Assembly: GCA_951406725.2 (NCBI GenBank)
Contig: OX597825.1
Location: 14,900,001-15,148,000 of the forward strand
Reading direction: 5' to 3'
DNA: 248,000 bases
DNA from: Octopus vulgaris
Lineage: Eukaryota
Part shown: positions 92,425-108,974 of the stretch, one piece after another
How the letters are laid out: each line of letters begins with the position of its first letter
Position numbering within the stretch: position 1 is the stretch's first letter
Notes under the pieces: generated by a model
What the model was told of the DNA's origin: nothing
What the model saw: only the letters and a program-made list of their open reading frames with translations
Database searches by the model: none
Position numbers and translations under genes: made by a program

Positions 92425-93963
92425 ATATATGTATTTATGCAGGTATGTGTGTGTGTATGTATGTATATATATATATATATATATATGATATAACTTTCAT
92501 AGTTTTCATTGTAATTGTACTTGTCTTTGTAATATTCATTTCTTCTGTATATATGATTCATCTTACGGCGATGAGCTGATAGAATCTTTAGCCTGATATG
92601 CATAATGCTTAGCAGCATTTCGTCCTTCCTTACGTTCTGAGCTGAAATTCCTTCAGGGTCGACATTGTCTTTCATCCTTTTGAGATCGATAAAATAAGAA
92701 CTAATTGACCACTGGTTTCGCTGCAATCGGCTTACACCCTCCCCTGAACACGCTGGCCTTATGCCAAACTTTAAAACCATTATCAAAGATTCATCTCATT
92801 ACTTTCATGTTCTTTCTAAGTTCTTAACTACCATTTCAGCGTCACCCTATTGAGCATACAGGGACACAAACAAGAAAATGAAGTAGGCTAGCCCAATACG
92901 TAAATATAGAGGGAGAAGTCTAGACGTCAGACACAGTAGAGAGTAGCAGTCAACGTAGAGTAGAAGGCATCCGAACTTGCGACATAAGTGTTAGAGTAAT
93001 CTTTTACGTCTGTACAGAGAATGGGTAGAATTTGAAATTGTCTGGAAGCCTCGGTTTATGAGAATAAATTCGAAAAACATATTTTTCATTTGATTTTCTG
93101 AACAGTATGGATCTAGAAATCCACTATCTTCTTCAACGATAAGAAAGCTCATTTGAACAAGTCTTCAAAACAATAAATATATAACTGTGTGGGGGCTTTT
93201 GTGTCCGTTTTGCTTGTTTGCTACGGGTATATATGTGTGTGCATGCGCCTATGTGTGGATGTACATGTGTGTGTACATGTGTGCGTACCTGTGTGTGTGT
93301 GTCTATGTGTACAAGTTTGTCTGTGAGTTTGTGTAAGTGTGTGTGTGTGTGTGTGTTTCTGTTACTGTGTAAGAAACTAACTAGTTATTCTCAAAATTTA
93401 ATATTGCCCAATGTTGTCATCTTGAATCAACAGCGCTATCGATTTTTCAAATCTGTAAATATAGATTTCAACACAATGCAAGCTCACTCCGTTTTCTTTC
93501 TTCTTCTTCCTCTTCTTCTTCTTCATCTTCTTCTTCTTCTTCTTCTTCTTCTTCTTCTTCTTCATCTTCTTCTTTTTCTTCTTCTTCTTCTTCTTCTTCT
93601 TCTTCTTCTTTTTCTTCTTCTTCTTCTTCTCCTCCTCCTCCTCCTCCTTCTTCTTCTTTTCCACTTCCTCTTCTTCTTCTTCTTCTTCTTCGTCTCCTCC
93701 TCCTCCTTCTTCTTTTTCTTCTTCTCCTTGTTCTTCCTCTGGTCTAGTCTTTTTCTTTTTTCTTCCTTTATTTCCTCTTTCTTCTTCTGTTTTTTCTTCC
93801 TCTTCTTCTCTAAATGTATCTCCTTCACTATTCTTGTCTCCTTAATAGTCTCCTTCTTAGACTTTTCACTAGGTTTCGAAAACAATTATTTACCACATCC
93901 CACATATATTCCATATTTTGATACACATTATTATCATTAAAATGGAGGTAAATATTATTTTCA

Positions 93964-94055
<92 letters not shown>

Positions 94056-96343
94056 TATATATGCATGTATATGTGTATATATACACGTATGCATGTGTAC
94101 ATATATTCATATATATATATATATAATATTGTTTTGCTTTCATCAATAACCGTATGCGAGCAACTATGTGTGTTTGCATATTCATATAAACTGTGGGAGT
94201 AAGTGGCTCTCAGATTTGCAGTACATGTTATTCAACATAAACTTCACAAATATGAACATTCATTTTATTGAGAAAAATCTTTATGTAAGCAGCGGATATG
94301 GTAAGAATTATACGCACAGGTTATCTAATTCATATTCTCATCTGTTGATGATTGGTATCCATTAAATGCAATGCCAATATTTGTACCTTAAACTCAAGAA
94401 TATGATTACTAAAACATTGAGCTTGTGTATGACTATAAAGTCAGATCATTGAAAATCCTTATTACATTGAGCTTGATGCAAATGACCTTCAACACTAGTT
94501 TGGCAAAATCCATTGAGAACTAAATAAAACATCTTCAGATTAACAATATATGTTAGCGACAGAGGCGGCATTAATACACTGAGTTAATATTTATCCACAC
94601 TTCTACGTGTATGTTCTGTGAGAACTAACTACACTGCGATAGATATGAGAATTTCTCTCCTGATGTCCACCGCAGTATAGTGTGTTCTGACAGGATATTC
94701 GGGTATAGTTGGGGATAACTATTCCCTCTGAAATGAGAAAATCCGTCGGCTTCTAAATGTTCGGTTCTTATTGACTTCAGAACTGATACAACATTTCGCA
94801 TTGAAGTATCTGGCTTATGTTGATTTTATTACCATCCATATTTGTGACTCTGTAAGCTTAAGTAAGAAATTAATATAAATTATAACGATGATTATACCGC
94901 AATCAACAAACATCGAAATAGTACCGGTCATGTGAACGCATTCACTTTCAGCAGTGCTGCTATCAGAAAACGAGACTGCAGTTTACACGAAAAGTTTACA
95001 CGATTGATCGGCGTAAATTCCCCCATGGCCCACAGTCATAAATCATATTGTCTCTTGTTTCTGCTCTTCCTACAGTTACGATAAGAGACGAATTTTCAGA
95101 AAGAGCTAGACTTATACCTCGTCTACTAGAGTTTTTTCCGCTCATTTCGTCTTTCCTCGTATCACTCTTCATATGTTCGATTTGCCACGTTACTTATTAA
95201 ACATTACAGGTAGTTTTTTCTCCCTATGTCGGTTATTTATAATATTGACACAACCCATGTCTATTTCGCATGGGTTCACTTACTACTGATATACTTCTAA
95301 TGGTGGTACTCCAGTATGTACGTAGCTCTCGAGCAGAAACAAGTAAAAGAATAATAGATTAGCGATTACATGAATCTCACTGCTCTACGAAGGCTTGCGA
95401 AGGTTAGTAGCACAACACCTTTTCTAACTGTCCAATAATTTAGACCTGGAGATCTCCATTTCCAGCGACTGCGACGGCCACCTCCCAGTGGTATCGGGCG
95501 TCAACGAAGAGACCTCGACTACAACAAGACGACCAAATTTTTTTTTCCAAGGTCTGGGATCCCCCGCTCCTAAGCCCTAGACCATCACCTAATCACCCTT
95601 ACCCATCTTGTTGCTTAACAACAACAGCAACACCTTTTACATACCCGGAAACTAAAATCATAATAAAATAGTAACCGAATCAGCTGTTTCGTGTGAAGTT
95701 TCAACTCTGATACTGCGTAAAACTGTTGCGTAATATTGCCCAGCCACTGTAATGCTCTTATCACAAGTTAGACTCCAGCAGAATGGCAAGAGTTACCATT
95801 ATCTAACAGTTGAAAGCATTTCAAGATAGTAACAAAAATTGTATATGAGAATTAAAATTCAGAAGCGTTCTAAAAGAATTGATAAAGCAACAAAGTTGTC
95901 AAAATATCTGGAGTCTGAATGCAATTATCAAAATCTAAAATGTGTAATAACATTATAAATTTAATATTCCCAAATTAGAAATTGAAATGATTTGAAATAA
96001 AAAAAAAATAGTTTGTGATATAACTGTCACCGTGGAAGTCAAATTGATTTTGTGTCTAAAAGGTGTGTGGGGGAGAAATTAAGCTAGTTTATTGTTGAAG
96101 AACATCCCAAGATATTTGCCAAATTTAATTGAATTCATTGGTCACTAGAAATAATTAATTCTGTTTATTAGTTAATACATCATCGTTATTGTCAGTGGCA
96201 ACAGCATTATCAACTTTCTTGCCCTTATCCTCATCTTCATTATCATCAAAATAATCATCATCATTTGAATGTACTAATATTACGATGATTCGTATTCATA
96301 TTATTACTATTATTATTATTATTGCTATTTTTATTATTATTGC

Positions 96344-96765
<422 letters not shown>

Positions 96766-97292
96766 GTTATTATTATATGAAAACCCACAGCTTATTTTGT
96801 GGGGTGTGATGGAAAATATCAGCTGTCCACAGCCAGCAGACTAAGGTGATGCTTGTTTACTGGTCATGCTTGAAGAACCTTGCAAAGAATTCTTGCGGTT
96901 CAAAGCAATGCTGATTTTTGTAGTTGCTCCACCTTCACACTTGCACAGACTTTTTCAGCCATGTGGTACATAAGTGTTGATACTTGCAAGTTTCACCAAT
97001 TACTATTAGTATCAAGTCTACTCTATTCATTGACTGCAGCCTTCGTATTTCCCACTTCGAATCATCATAGTTGATTCATTTTTCTTCTTTCACATTTATC
97101 ATTTTGTCACCGGGGCATGCAATATCGATTATCATAAATGTTCTGTCTTTTTTTATTCACGACAACAATATTATGATATTGTTGGTGCAGTGTCAGGTAT
97201 ATGAGACCTGATCTGCTGCAAATTTCCTATATGTTTGTAAAATATTATCTTCGGTAGATGAATGCCTTGACATTTAAAATATAAGCACATAT

Positions 97293-97378
<86 letters not shown>

Positions 97379-97402
97379 CTGCTTCTGCTGCTACTACTAC
97401 TG

Positions 97403-97437
<35 letters not shown>

Positions 97438-97480
97438 GCTGCTGCTGCTACTGCTGCTGCCATTACTGCCACTACTACTA

Positions 97481-97512
<32 letters not shown>

Positions 97513-97728
97513 ACTGCTGCTGCTGAGGATGATGATGATGATGATGATACTGCTGCTGCCATTACTGCTGCTGCTGCTAATACTAGTGCTACTACTGCTA
97601 CTAGTACAAATACGACTACCCCTATTGCTACTACTACTATTGCCACGATAGTTGAAACTACTACTATTACTACCTCTACCACTGCCCCTGCTACTGCTGC
97701 CGCAGCTGCACTACTACTACTACTGCTG

Positions 97729-97760
<32 letters not shown>

Positions 97761-97767
97761 GCTGTTG

Positions 97768-97803
<36 letters not shown>

Positions 97804-98658
97804 AAATCACTACTACAATTAATATTATTACGCGTACTACAACAACTTCTGCTATTACTGCTACTACTCTTATTACCACGACTATTACTACTAATACTAC
97901 TGCTACTACAAGTATTGCCAACAATAATTCTATCACATTCTGAAAAGCATATTATTTCACCATATCTCATCAACGATAACATTAGTCCATTACAATGGCC
98001 GAGAGACAATTGGCAAAAAAATAAACATGATAAATCATCTCCCGAAAATATTTCTCTTTTCTCTTAATCTTCCAAGAATATAAACAACACCTAAATCCGC
98101 TTAAATAATAATATTTTTTTTAGATATTTTAGTTTAATTCTGCAATACGTTGCGTGGCGTGCGATTAGTTTCAGCTATAAATGATTATAGGACTTCGACA
98201 AAATAAAATTGGTTCGAATGTTGTTCATCGCCATTTGAATTCTAACCACTTTTAAGGATTTATTGTGCTGATAAAAAAAAAAAGAACTTTATGCGACCTA
98301 GGTGCGATATTGATAGGGAAGTATTTATACAGTTATGTCAATTGAAATAAAGAACTTACTAGTCAAGAGCAGTTTAATTGTTAAAAAAGTCGTTGCATCT
98401 ATATACACAAATAAATAGGTATACAACTGCACACACACATACACACACACACAAACACACACAGAATGTTGTGTAGAGAGGATAAGTATAGTTATTATAT
98501 CATCTAAAATCTTAGAATTAAGTTGGGAAAAGTTCTTGACAGTTTATATAAGGTTGTGTTTATATAAGATTTGAAGTGCGGGTATAGGTTGGTTAGTATG
98601 TTTGAAAACCAATTTGAAGTTGCAGAAATTATAAAAGGAAAGTGGTATGTGTATGCGT

Positions 98659-98753
<95 letters not shown>

Positions 98754-99055
98754 GACTTATCTTGATTCTATTCAAGGTCTGCAATCAATAGATTTAGAAG
98801 AAGCTATGAGAGGAAACTAATTATTGCAAATAACCTTTGTGCTAGTTTGGAAAAAATGCCTTAATCTTATTCTTAGGACGAGATTCAAATTCAGGGAATG
98901 CATCATTATTCTAGTTCAGATGTCAAATTTTTACAAACTGAGGTTAGATAACGTTGGTTATTGGCCAAGTATTTATAAACATACATTTGTTTGCATATAT
99001 CAACTTACACTAGTATTTTCCCATATATTTGTGCATCAGTATGTATGTTTGTGTG

Positions 99056-99139
<84 letters not shown>

Positions 99140-99147
99140 GAGATATA

Positions 99148-99528
99148 CTTTTATTTCTATTTGTTTCAGTCAATTGGTTGCGGCTATGCTTGACCAACGT
99201 CTTTACTCCAACAAATCGCCCCCAGTACTTATTCTATCTGTCTCTTTTACTGAAATACTAGGTTACGGTGACGTAAACACACTAGCATCGGTTGCTAAGC
99301 AATTGAGGGGAGACGAATATGTATGCAAAAACATATACATACGTACACACACATACACACACACGATGGGCTTCTTTTGATTTCTGTCTACCAAATCAAC
99401 TGAGAGGCCTTTGGTCAGACCGAAGCTATAGTAGAAAACATCCGTACGTCGTGCCTCGCCGTGGGGCTGAACACGGAGCCTTGTGGTTGGGAAGCAAGCT
99501 TCTCATCACACAGCCACGACTGCGCCTA
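99148..99528 (-). mobile_element. SINE group B (older copy)
   Basis: Diverged full-length match. Confidence 0.7.
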
Positions 99529-99579
99529 TATATATATATATATATATATATATAAGCACATACATACATATATATATGC

Positions 99580-99643
<64 letters not shown>

Positions 99644-101003
99644 GCATATGTTTGCATGTAGTTACGTACGTATTTATGTATGTATGTATGTATGTATAAA
99701 TGAGTTGAGAAAAATAATTTGAAGTAGACAGTTCCAGCAATTTGAACTACAAAGACGTATAAGTGTACAGGAAGTACATACTTTATCAAAATTATTTCTG
99801 TATCTGGGACGGTTAATCAAATTATATTGCGCCAGTCACTATCAATACTTATGCAACCACAGTCATGAAACTCAAACATATATTGATGGCACAACAAGAA
99901 GGCAATATTTTGTGAAATGTTCGGAATTGGTGTAATTGTTTTCTCGACATCTGGTACTGTATTTAGTAGTGATAAAGAATTCGGAAAAATGTTTCTGGTA
100001 TGGAATACATTTTTGATTCACTTTAAACATGGAGACATTTACTGCCACGTATTTTTGGATATTATTATTTGAGGGGGAAAATGACTGGGAGATAGCAGAA
100101 ATCTTAAAAATCAGAAGTGAATGATGGAAAAAGATATGAAACTGAAGCACAGCCGTGGCTCTAAAACATATATTCTCTGAGGTATATTCTAAAATTGAAA
100201 CTGTTTGGAAATTCTTTCTGCTTAGAGTTATCAGTTACGTTCTGTCAGTATATCCTCAGAAATGAAGACGCTCTGTTAAATAAAAATCCCAGTTCTGCTC
100301 ATCAAAATTTACAGAATATATTCAAAACTAGTGAATTGATATATTCTATTATCTTACTACATTAATGTACCAATGCATGAATAAACTTTCCGTATTTTCT
100401 TGGCTACTGTATAAGAATATGTATAAAATAGATTTCGTTATGGAAATGAATTATGAAATAGGAAGATAGGAAAATCGTAGAAAGAAATGACAGAAAAAGA
100501 ACGGTTCTGGAAGAATATGTTTATACGTTTGTGCGTGTGTATATGTGTATGAAAACGTGTGAGTGTCCTCGCGATTAAGTGACTGGTTGCCGCATGGAAC
100601 ACGTAAAAAACAAAATGTCCGAGTCTAGGGAATGTTTTAACTTTTTCGCAAATTTTAATATTATCGTGTCACTATAAAAATGCAAACTATTTGTCTCAAC
100701 TACATATTTGCGTACGCACATACGTACATACAGACATTCATACATACATACATACATAAATGCATGTATGCATACATACATACATTCATTATTAAATTTC
100801 CAGTAAAGAAACTTTGGAAAGTAACAGCTGTATTGTGAATGAGAAGCTTGGTCTGCAACATCGACGGGCAGGTATTTTTGTATCACGAGGTGGGTTCATT
100901 AGACACCATCTGAGTCACAAGTGTAAACTATATATTTCACTAAGAGCACACTGTGCTCTTAACGGACAGTGGTGGTCTTCTTCGCTCACCATTGACAGCT
101001 ACC

Positions 101004-101045
<42 letters not shown>

Positions 101046-101095
101046 TAGCTGTCAATGGTGAGCGAAGAAGACCACCACTGTCCGTTAAGAGCACA

Positions 101096-101162
<67 letters not shown>

Positions 101163-101453
101163 CACCAAGGTCGCTTACAACCTTTGGTCGGCCCAAGGTT
101201 ACAGTGAAAAACACTTGCCCGCGCATCTCTGCACTGGAACTGAACAAAGAATCAATATGTGGTTTGGAGGGAATCAACCTTCTGTCTGCACAGCTACAAC
101301 TGAGCCTCCCTATGAGTGTGTGTGTGTGTGTGTTTTATATACTTATATACCTCTGTACCGGAGTAAGCAGATGAATGTGAAACAAAGTGGAAAAAAGAGT
101401 ACTCAAATACCAGAGGTAGAGTAATATCGTTTATCGAAAAGCAGCAGAAATAT

Positions 101454-101689
101454 AACAAAAGCTGTCACTCAGAGTTTCACGTTCCCGTCGTCGGACAGTT
101501 TTGTTAATAACATGAACACCCTCCCTGTACATAACTCCATGTCCCCCTACATGGCCTTGCTTTTTGCTTTTTGAGCAAAAAAATAACTTAACTTAACTTA
101601 ACTTAATAATTACGAAACATCCATTTTATCTATTTTAACAAAACTGTCCGACGGACGAGAACGTGAAACTCTGATTAACAGCATTTGTT
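101454..101689. ncRNA. Inverted pair of hammerhead-like motifs, family H5 (minus 101454-101505; plus 101637-101689)
   Basis: AACAAAACUGU-CCGACG(A/G)-(A)CG-RGAA-CGU-GAAA-CUCUGA-(G/U)U(G/A)-ACAG-C-(U/A)UUUGUU. Each copy carries inactivating-looking changes. Confidence 0.6.
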
Positions 101690-102679
101690 ATATTTCTGCT
101701 GCTTTTAAATAAAGTATATACCCAAGTATATAGATGCAGTGACTGTTTTAGCAATTAAGCTTCTACTTATTAATAAGTTAGTTCTTCATTTCATTTGACA
101801 TAAATGCATTATCTCCCGGTCAACATCACACCCAGCTCACAGACAGATATTTTCTTATTAAAACAATGTATTCTTAAAACCAATTAGAAATCAAATGCAG
101901 AAGAACATCATTCGGGCCAATTGTAAATTAGAACTGATATGATTGTTTTGCAGTCTATTAGATAGTTTTAATGTACGAAAGTAAGCTAATTATAAGACTA
102001 TTAATATAAAAGAGAAAGTAAGACGGAATGAGTGGTGTACAATGGATATTACTTGCATCATACGTCTTAGTTCTTCCCACTCAAAGCGACAGGAACACAA
102101 GTTACTTTATCTTCTCTTTATGTGGCCAAAAAGACATTCCTATAAACTCATGGATAAGTCTGGTAATTATTCACATTTATTTAAATCAGAATAATGCGAC
102201 CAGAAAAATAATTCCCATCCTTTCTTTCAGTTAACCTCTCATTAAACGCTAGAATTGAAACTTTTCTTTGATAGTTATTTAAGTAGTCTTCTGCAGTCTT
102301 ATATTGAATAAGCAATTATATTAGTTTATTAAAGCTCAAAGAAATCTACCGTGTTCAGTCATACGAACGAAGATGGAATAATCGCATTATTAAGAATTTT
102401 GCTTTTCATGTAATATTTTCGTTTTTTTTATTATTATTATTTATGTTATAGTTACTGGTGACGATAGTAACGTCGCTGTGTTATCGTTCATATCGGGGAC
102501 CATGTTAACAATGTTCTCGTACAATAGTGAACAAAAGTAAACAAGGCATGATCATCACACCCTTTAAGCATCACATCTAGGACCTATTTATCCTATATCT
102601 TAAGACTGTTGAATGTGATGTGAGATGAAAAAAGGGGTTTCTACATCCAACTGATCATGAAACACATTAATATTCCCTT

Positions 102680-103083
102680 ATTTCTTTATTTCCCACAAGG
102701 AGCTAAGCGTAGAGGGGACAAACAAGGACAGACCAAGGGATTACATCGACTCCAGTGCGTAACTGGTACTCATTTAATCGACCCCGAAAGGACGAAAGGC
102801 AAAGTCGACCTCGGCGGAATTTGAACTCAGAACGTAGCGGCAAACAAAATACCTATTTCTTTACTACCCACAAGGGATTAAACACAGAAGGGACAAACAA
102901 GGACAGACAAACGGATTAAGTCGATTATATCGACCCCAGTGCGTAAATGGTACTTATTTAATCGACCCCGAAACGAAGAAAGGCAAAGTCGACCTTGGTG
103001 GAATTTGAACTCAGAATGTAACGGCAGACGAAATACGGCTACGCATTTCGACCGGCGTGCTAACGTTTCCGCCAGCTCGCCTT
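102680..103083 (-). mobile_element. SINE A dimer
   Basis: Same AAAGAAATA|GGTATTT junction near 102850. Confidence 0.85.
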
Positions 103084-103833
103084 AAATATCTCCGTTTGTA
103101 TATTGTGTAAAACTAATATTTTTAATTTTTCACTTGTTCCCTGGTAATATCACTCTATAAACAGAAACTTGCAAGCTTGAATAAATCCTAATTACTCAAT
103201 CCATTTCATTTATAATTCATGTAACATTTCTATTTTCAGTCTTGTAACTTCAACCACTGTAAAATATTCCGCAGCTATATCTAAACCAAATGAATTCCCC
103301 TACTTTCAATGTGTTTTCTTAGTACGTGTATTCAAATAATATGTAGGTGTTACTTTTATATTCAATCGTTTTCTATAAATAAAGGTACAGCTAATGATTT
103401 CCTCACGTAAGCAATTTTACCTACTTCATTATGACTTACGTATGCTTGGAGATTACTGTTTTGCTTCCAAAGTTCTCAGTACCACCATGAATAATTTAGA
103501 GAAAAACATTTATTTTTAGGGTATTTCAAATTAAAATCGGGACTTCAAGAATTTCGACCAGCTATTGAAGAATACGGAGAACACATTGATTATTCGCCTT
103601 ATTTCGCATGTTTCAAGTTCTCTGCATCTATTCTATAGGTATTGCTATTTTCATTAAACTCGTACAAAGCACTGAAGCATTCGCGATGTTGTCATGGGAA
103701 CCATCAAATTAAACTTGTAAGTCACTAATTTTAGAACTGTGCCACGATCTCACAATAAAATGGCAAATCCAGAGCTTAGGAACCCTCAACATTACAAGTG
103801 ATTCGTAAAATTATATATTACATGAAGCAACAT

Positions 103834-104001
103834 GTAGGCGCAGGAGTGGCTGTGTGGTAAGTAGATTGCTTACCAACCACATGGTTCCGGGTTCAGTCCC
103901 ACTGCGTGGCATCTTGGGCAAGTGTCTTCTGATATAGCCCCGGGCCGACTAATGCCTTGTGAGTGGATTTGGTAGACGGAAACTGAAAGAAGCCTGTCGT
104001 A

Positions 104002-104077
<76 letters not shown>

Positions 104078-104250
104078 TGTGTCTGTGTTTGTCCCCCTAG
104101 CATTGCTTGACAACCGATGCTGGTGTGTTTACGTCCCCGTCACTTAGTGGTTCGGCAAAAAGAGACCGATAGAATAAGTACTAAAGGCGGTGCTCCAGCA
104201 TGGCCGCAGTCAAATGACTGAAACAAGTAAAAGAGTAAAAGAGTAAAAGT
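103834..104250 (+). mobile_element. SINE group B
   Basis: Near full-length match. Confidence 0.85.
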
Positions 104251-104661
104251 GTATGTTGAGAATAACCTGACCCAAGATTACTCATTACAATTGTATTAAA
104301 CAAAGAGCTGAATTGTCAACACTGGCAGCCTCTAACGTAGTCAACTCCATTAGATTTTATTTTACCATAATTACACGTAAGGAAAAAATATGTAATTTGC
104401 GGCCCATATTATTCATACATACCAGGACCTTTGTTCCACTAGCTTATTTTCACGAGATAATTTGGTGTGAAAAGAGAACAATCATATTTATTTGATATCG
104501 AAAACATCAAAGTTTATCCGTTTTCCTCTCAAATTCACTTAAAAGTAGATCACTTACATCCGGTTTCAAAGTTACCGAAAATATCTATAACCATCCGGTG
104601 TCTTCATTCATAATCTATGATCGGTTGATGCTGAAGTAATGATAAAAAAGTGATTCAATAT

Positions 104662-104897
104662 ATATTTCTTTATTACCCACAAGGGGCTAATCACAGAAGG
104701 GACAAACAGGGTCAGACAAAGAGATTAAGTCGATTACATCGATCCCAGTGCGAAACTGGTACTTTATTTATCGATACCGAAAGGATGAATGGCGAAGTCG
104801 ACCTCGGCGGAATTTGAAATCAGAACGTAACGACAGACGAAATACTGCTAAGCATTTCATCCGGCGAGCTAACGTGTCTGCCACCTCGGCACCTTAA
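104662..104897 (-). mobile_element. SINE group A
   Basis: Full-length reverse match. Confidence 0.8.
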
Positions 104898-106008
104898 AGC
104901 GATTTAATATAGTATGTACCAAAAGATGTGGCTTTACTTTCAATTTGCTTCCATTACAGATCCTACAGAAAGGAAGAACGGGCAAAATAATATATAGAAT
105001 AAGTGACCGAAAAAGTTGGTATTGTTAGGGTATCGGAAAAAACTATGCAGAAGTTTCGAGAATTTGATCTACAGTAAGGAAAAGCAAATGATGGTTTGGA
105101 CCTGGTCGCCCCCCTCCCCCAAGGACAGATTTGAACAATTTCTTTCTGGTATTTATGAATTTGGAGACATTTTCAATGTTGTACGTTCAGTCATAAAATA
105201 TCTTTTTCGTCTTGTCACCAAAGCAAACAAATTTACTCAAACCGACAAATGCAAAACATGATATCAAATATTTAAGTACAATATAAAACTTGTCTGAAAC
105301 AAATTCTCGGCAAGATACAATATAACATAAAATGCAATTACGGAAATAAAAAATAAAAACTTTTTTATCAGGCAGGTACCGAGCTATCTGCAGACAGCAG
105401 ACAAACTAAAATATTTCATATTTCATTTAAAACAATATTTGTCAGTTTATTGTCATTTAAATACGAATATAAATGACGTTTCCACAGGTATTACAATTCT
105501 CAGTGTAATTCTTATTGTGCCATAGCAATCTGCCATTCCGCCATATACGCTACATATGAGACGCAAAAATAAACTTCCTGTAAAGAATAACTAACATCAG
105601 TAGATAAAGTGATACGAACAACAATCATCTGATCAAAAGTTTTCCGAACAAATTTTAGAGTCTATGCTATTAAGAGACTTTTATCTATAGATTTATGGTT
105701 TATCTGTCGAAACCGATAGTCGACGCACTATTTGGTTGAGAATATGAAATTACTTCGCCGTTATGTGTTAAATATTTATACCACAATATGGTACTTGGTG
105801 TTAGCTTTGGTGCTTTGTCGCTTATTTTATAAAAATATGTTGGTGTCATTGTATTTGTTTGATTTCCTTTACACGGTGTCATTGAAGTGTTGAATATAAA
105901 GTATGGAACATTGAGAGTACTCATACGGGCATATAAAATACGACGATATATATATATATATATACATATATCTATATATATATACATGTATATATATATG
106001 TACATGTA

Positions 106009-106054
<46 letters not shown>

Positions 106055-106094
106055 ATATATATATATATACATGTATATATATATATACATATAT

Positions 106095-106154
<60 letters not shown>

Positions 106155-106176
106155 GTATATATATAATATATACATG

Positions 106177-106246
<70 letters not shown>

Positions 106247-108024
106247 ATGAGGTGTATTTTTCTCTGTGATTGCCTCAGTGTATGTGTGTAGATAAAGCGA
106301 TAAACATATTTTAGATATAAATACATTTAACCACCACACACGCCTACATATATATACGTAGATAGGGGGGGGGTAACAAATAAATAAAAAAAAAGAGGTG
106401 AGATGTGGATGGAAACGAGGTAAGTGAGGTATAGGGGTTAGAGAGAAAATATGAATATACGAAAATTATTTCAGCTGGACAGACAATGCACGCGAGAGAG
106501 CATAGAGACACAGATGCAGACATGTATGAAAGTTGTCAGGGTAGCAAACAAGTTAATGTATGCAGAATTCTTAACTCATGAATGTTTTATTCGAACGATC
106601 AGCAATCCCATTCCAGTGACGTCTGATGTGTTGAACCACAATATGACCCAGACATTATATTGTAATATAATATTTAATAGTCATATTGTCAGCAAATTGT
106701 CTGTAATGTATTGTTAAAAAGTTGTATCGGAACCGACTAATCTCTGTTTCGATTCTTCTGTGTGGTAGCCTTGAAAATGGTCTTCTTTGTCTCGTCTGCT
106801 TGACTAATGCAGATGGAAACGGTGTGAATATTGACCACTGTCTGCGTGTGAATATACATATGTACATGCATACACACACATATATATAGATAGATATGTG
106901 TGCGTGCATACCTATATGCATAGCACCGTGACCGACCAGGCTATCAGATGCTGTTACACATCGCTGGTCACACTGCGCTTCGGATTGTTTTTAGCCTTCA
107001 AAAGAGTGAGAGAAAGTTGTGGCGAAAGAGTACAGCAGGGATCACCACCACCTACTGCTAGAGCCCTATGGAGCTTTAGGTGTTTTCGCTCAATAAACAC
107101 TCACAACACCCTGTCTGGGAATCGAAACCACAATCCTACGACCGTAGGACGGCTGCCCTAACCATTGGGTCATTGCGCCTCCCCGTATATTTATATACAC
107201 ATATCTAAATATATATCACTGTTCAATGTTATCTCTACAAATTCTCAATAGGAATTAGAGCCAGCACTGAAAATTAGGACGTGTCCTCTATGAGTACATC
107301 TGTATGAACCATAATATAGATAGAGGTCTAGTCACTGAGTATGTATGCCTATACGAGGATTTGCTACTCCTTCTCAGCACCACATACAACCCATTAACCC
107401 GTCAATGAACACAGTATTCACTTCAAAAGCCTTTAGTAAACTTGGTATTATGGCTGATTAACGAAATATGGTGTTCCTACAAGCTATTGATAAAGTCATA
107501 TATGTATATGCATACAGTTATGTATATATATATATACATATGTGTGTTTGTGTGAGTGTGTACACGAGTGCAGGAATATATATATGCGTATGTATGTGTT
107601 TTTGTGAGTGTGTATTCGGGGTGCTCACACCTGCGTTTGTCTATTTGGCAAATGCTTATCAGCGGGTAGGCCAGAGACCAGATGGCATTCATCGAAAGAA
107701 TTTCAATTCAATATTTCTCCTTTACCGAATTCACATACACATATACCTGTTATATTGCCGCCGGAGCTGGTATGAACAAGTCATTATGGAAAATTGTACT
107801 TACCGACATTAATATTTATCAATTTGATTATGAAATAAATATAACATATAATCTGATTCAGTTAACCTTTTCTCCGTAGATTGCCGAGATACGTTTAAAA
107901 TTAAATCTAATGCAAAAAGGCCGTTTGCAGTTAATCAGAAAACTCACATTTACAAACAACGGTTATTTTACGAAGTAGTGCTTCAAATTATAAATAACAA
108001 TATATATTTCTAATACGTATATAT

Positions 108025-108335
108025 CACCGTGATCACCGTGACCGACCAGGCCATCAGATGTTGTTACACATCGCTGGTCACAATGCGCTTCGCATTGTTT
108101 TAGCCTTCAAGTGATGCCACCCCGCTGGCTAAGCGAGCAGGCCAACAGAAGAAAGAGTGAGAGAAATTTGTGGTGAAAGAGTACAGCAGGGATCGCCACC
108201 ACCCCCTGCCGGAGCTTCGTGGAGCTTTAGGTGTTTTCGCTCAATAAACACTCACAACGCCCGGTCTGGGAATCGAAACCACGATCCTACGACCGCGAGT
108301 CCGCTGCCCTAACCACTAGGCCATTGCGCCTCCAC
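108025..108335 (-). mobile_element. SINE group D with tail 2 ending in (CACGGTGAT)2
   Basis: Siblings at 106920-107185 (-) and 243205-243503 (+). Confidence 0.8.
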
Positions 108336-108974
108336 AATACGTATATATATTTCTTATAAATAACAATATAATGCATATTTAACCATTAATACGAACAGGA
108401 TTGATTTCATAATTGCAGTTGTTACTTATGCAGGGTCGTAATGTTTATCTTGGCTATGATCCGGACTTTTTGTCCATGTTGCACGATTTTCCGAGTTAGA
108501 CCGTACTTACCGTGCTCTATTCATTCAGAATCCAGTTTGGTTGACAGCTCGTGTTGATTGACTATATGTCACATGGACACGGCTCATAGAGAACTATCTC
108601 GCGGAGATGGCGACTAACTAGGAGTTTGCTCGACTTGTTTCTCGGGAGAACTCGGAAAGATACTCACAAATGTTGAATGCAGCGCGGTATGTGCATCTGA
108701 CCCACACCTAACACGATGGCTATAAATATACTCCTGTACTCAAATCTCAGTTATGCATAGGAGTTTCAATTCCATGAGGACTGCATCCTATAGCACTTCT
108801 TTATGTAGGCAGCACAAAACATAAGGTAGCAGAAATACAGTATGCCGCGTTCCACATTATTCCTTCGATCTGTACGCCGGCGTAGCCATGCAGAACCATT
108901 GATTCCTTATTACTCTTTGAACTTCTACATAAATATTAACCCTGCGCGCGTAAGCGAAGCAGAGTTATTGTACT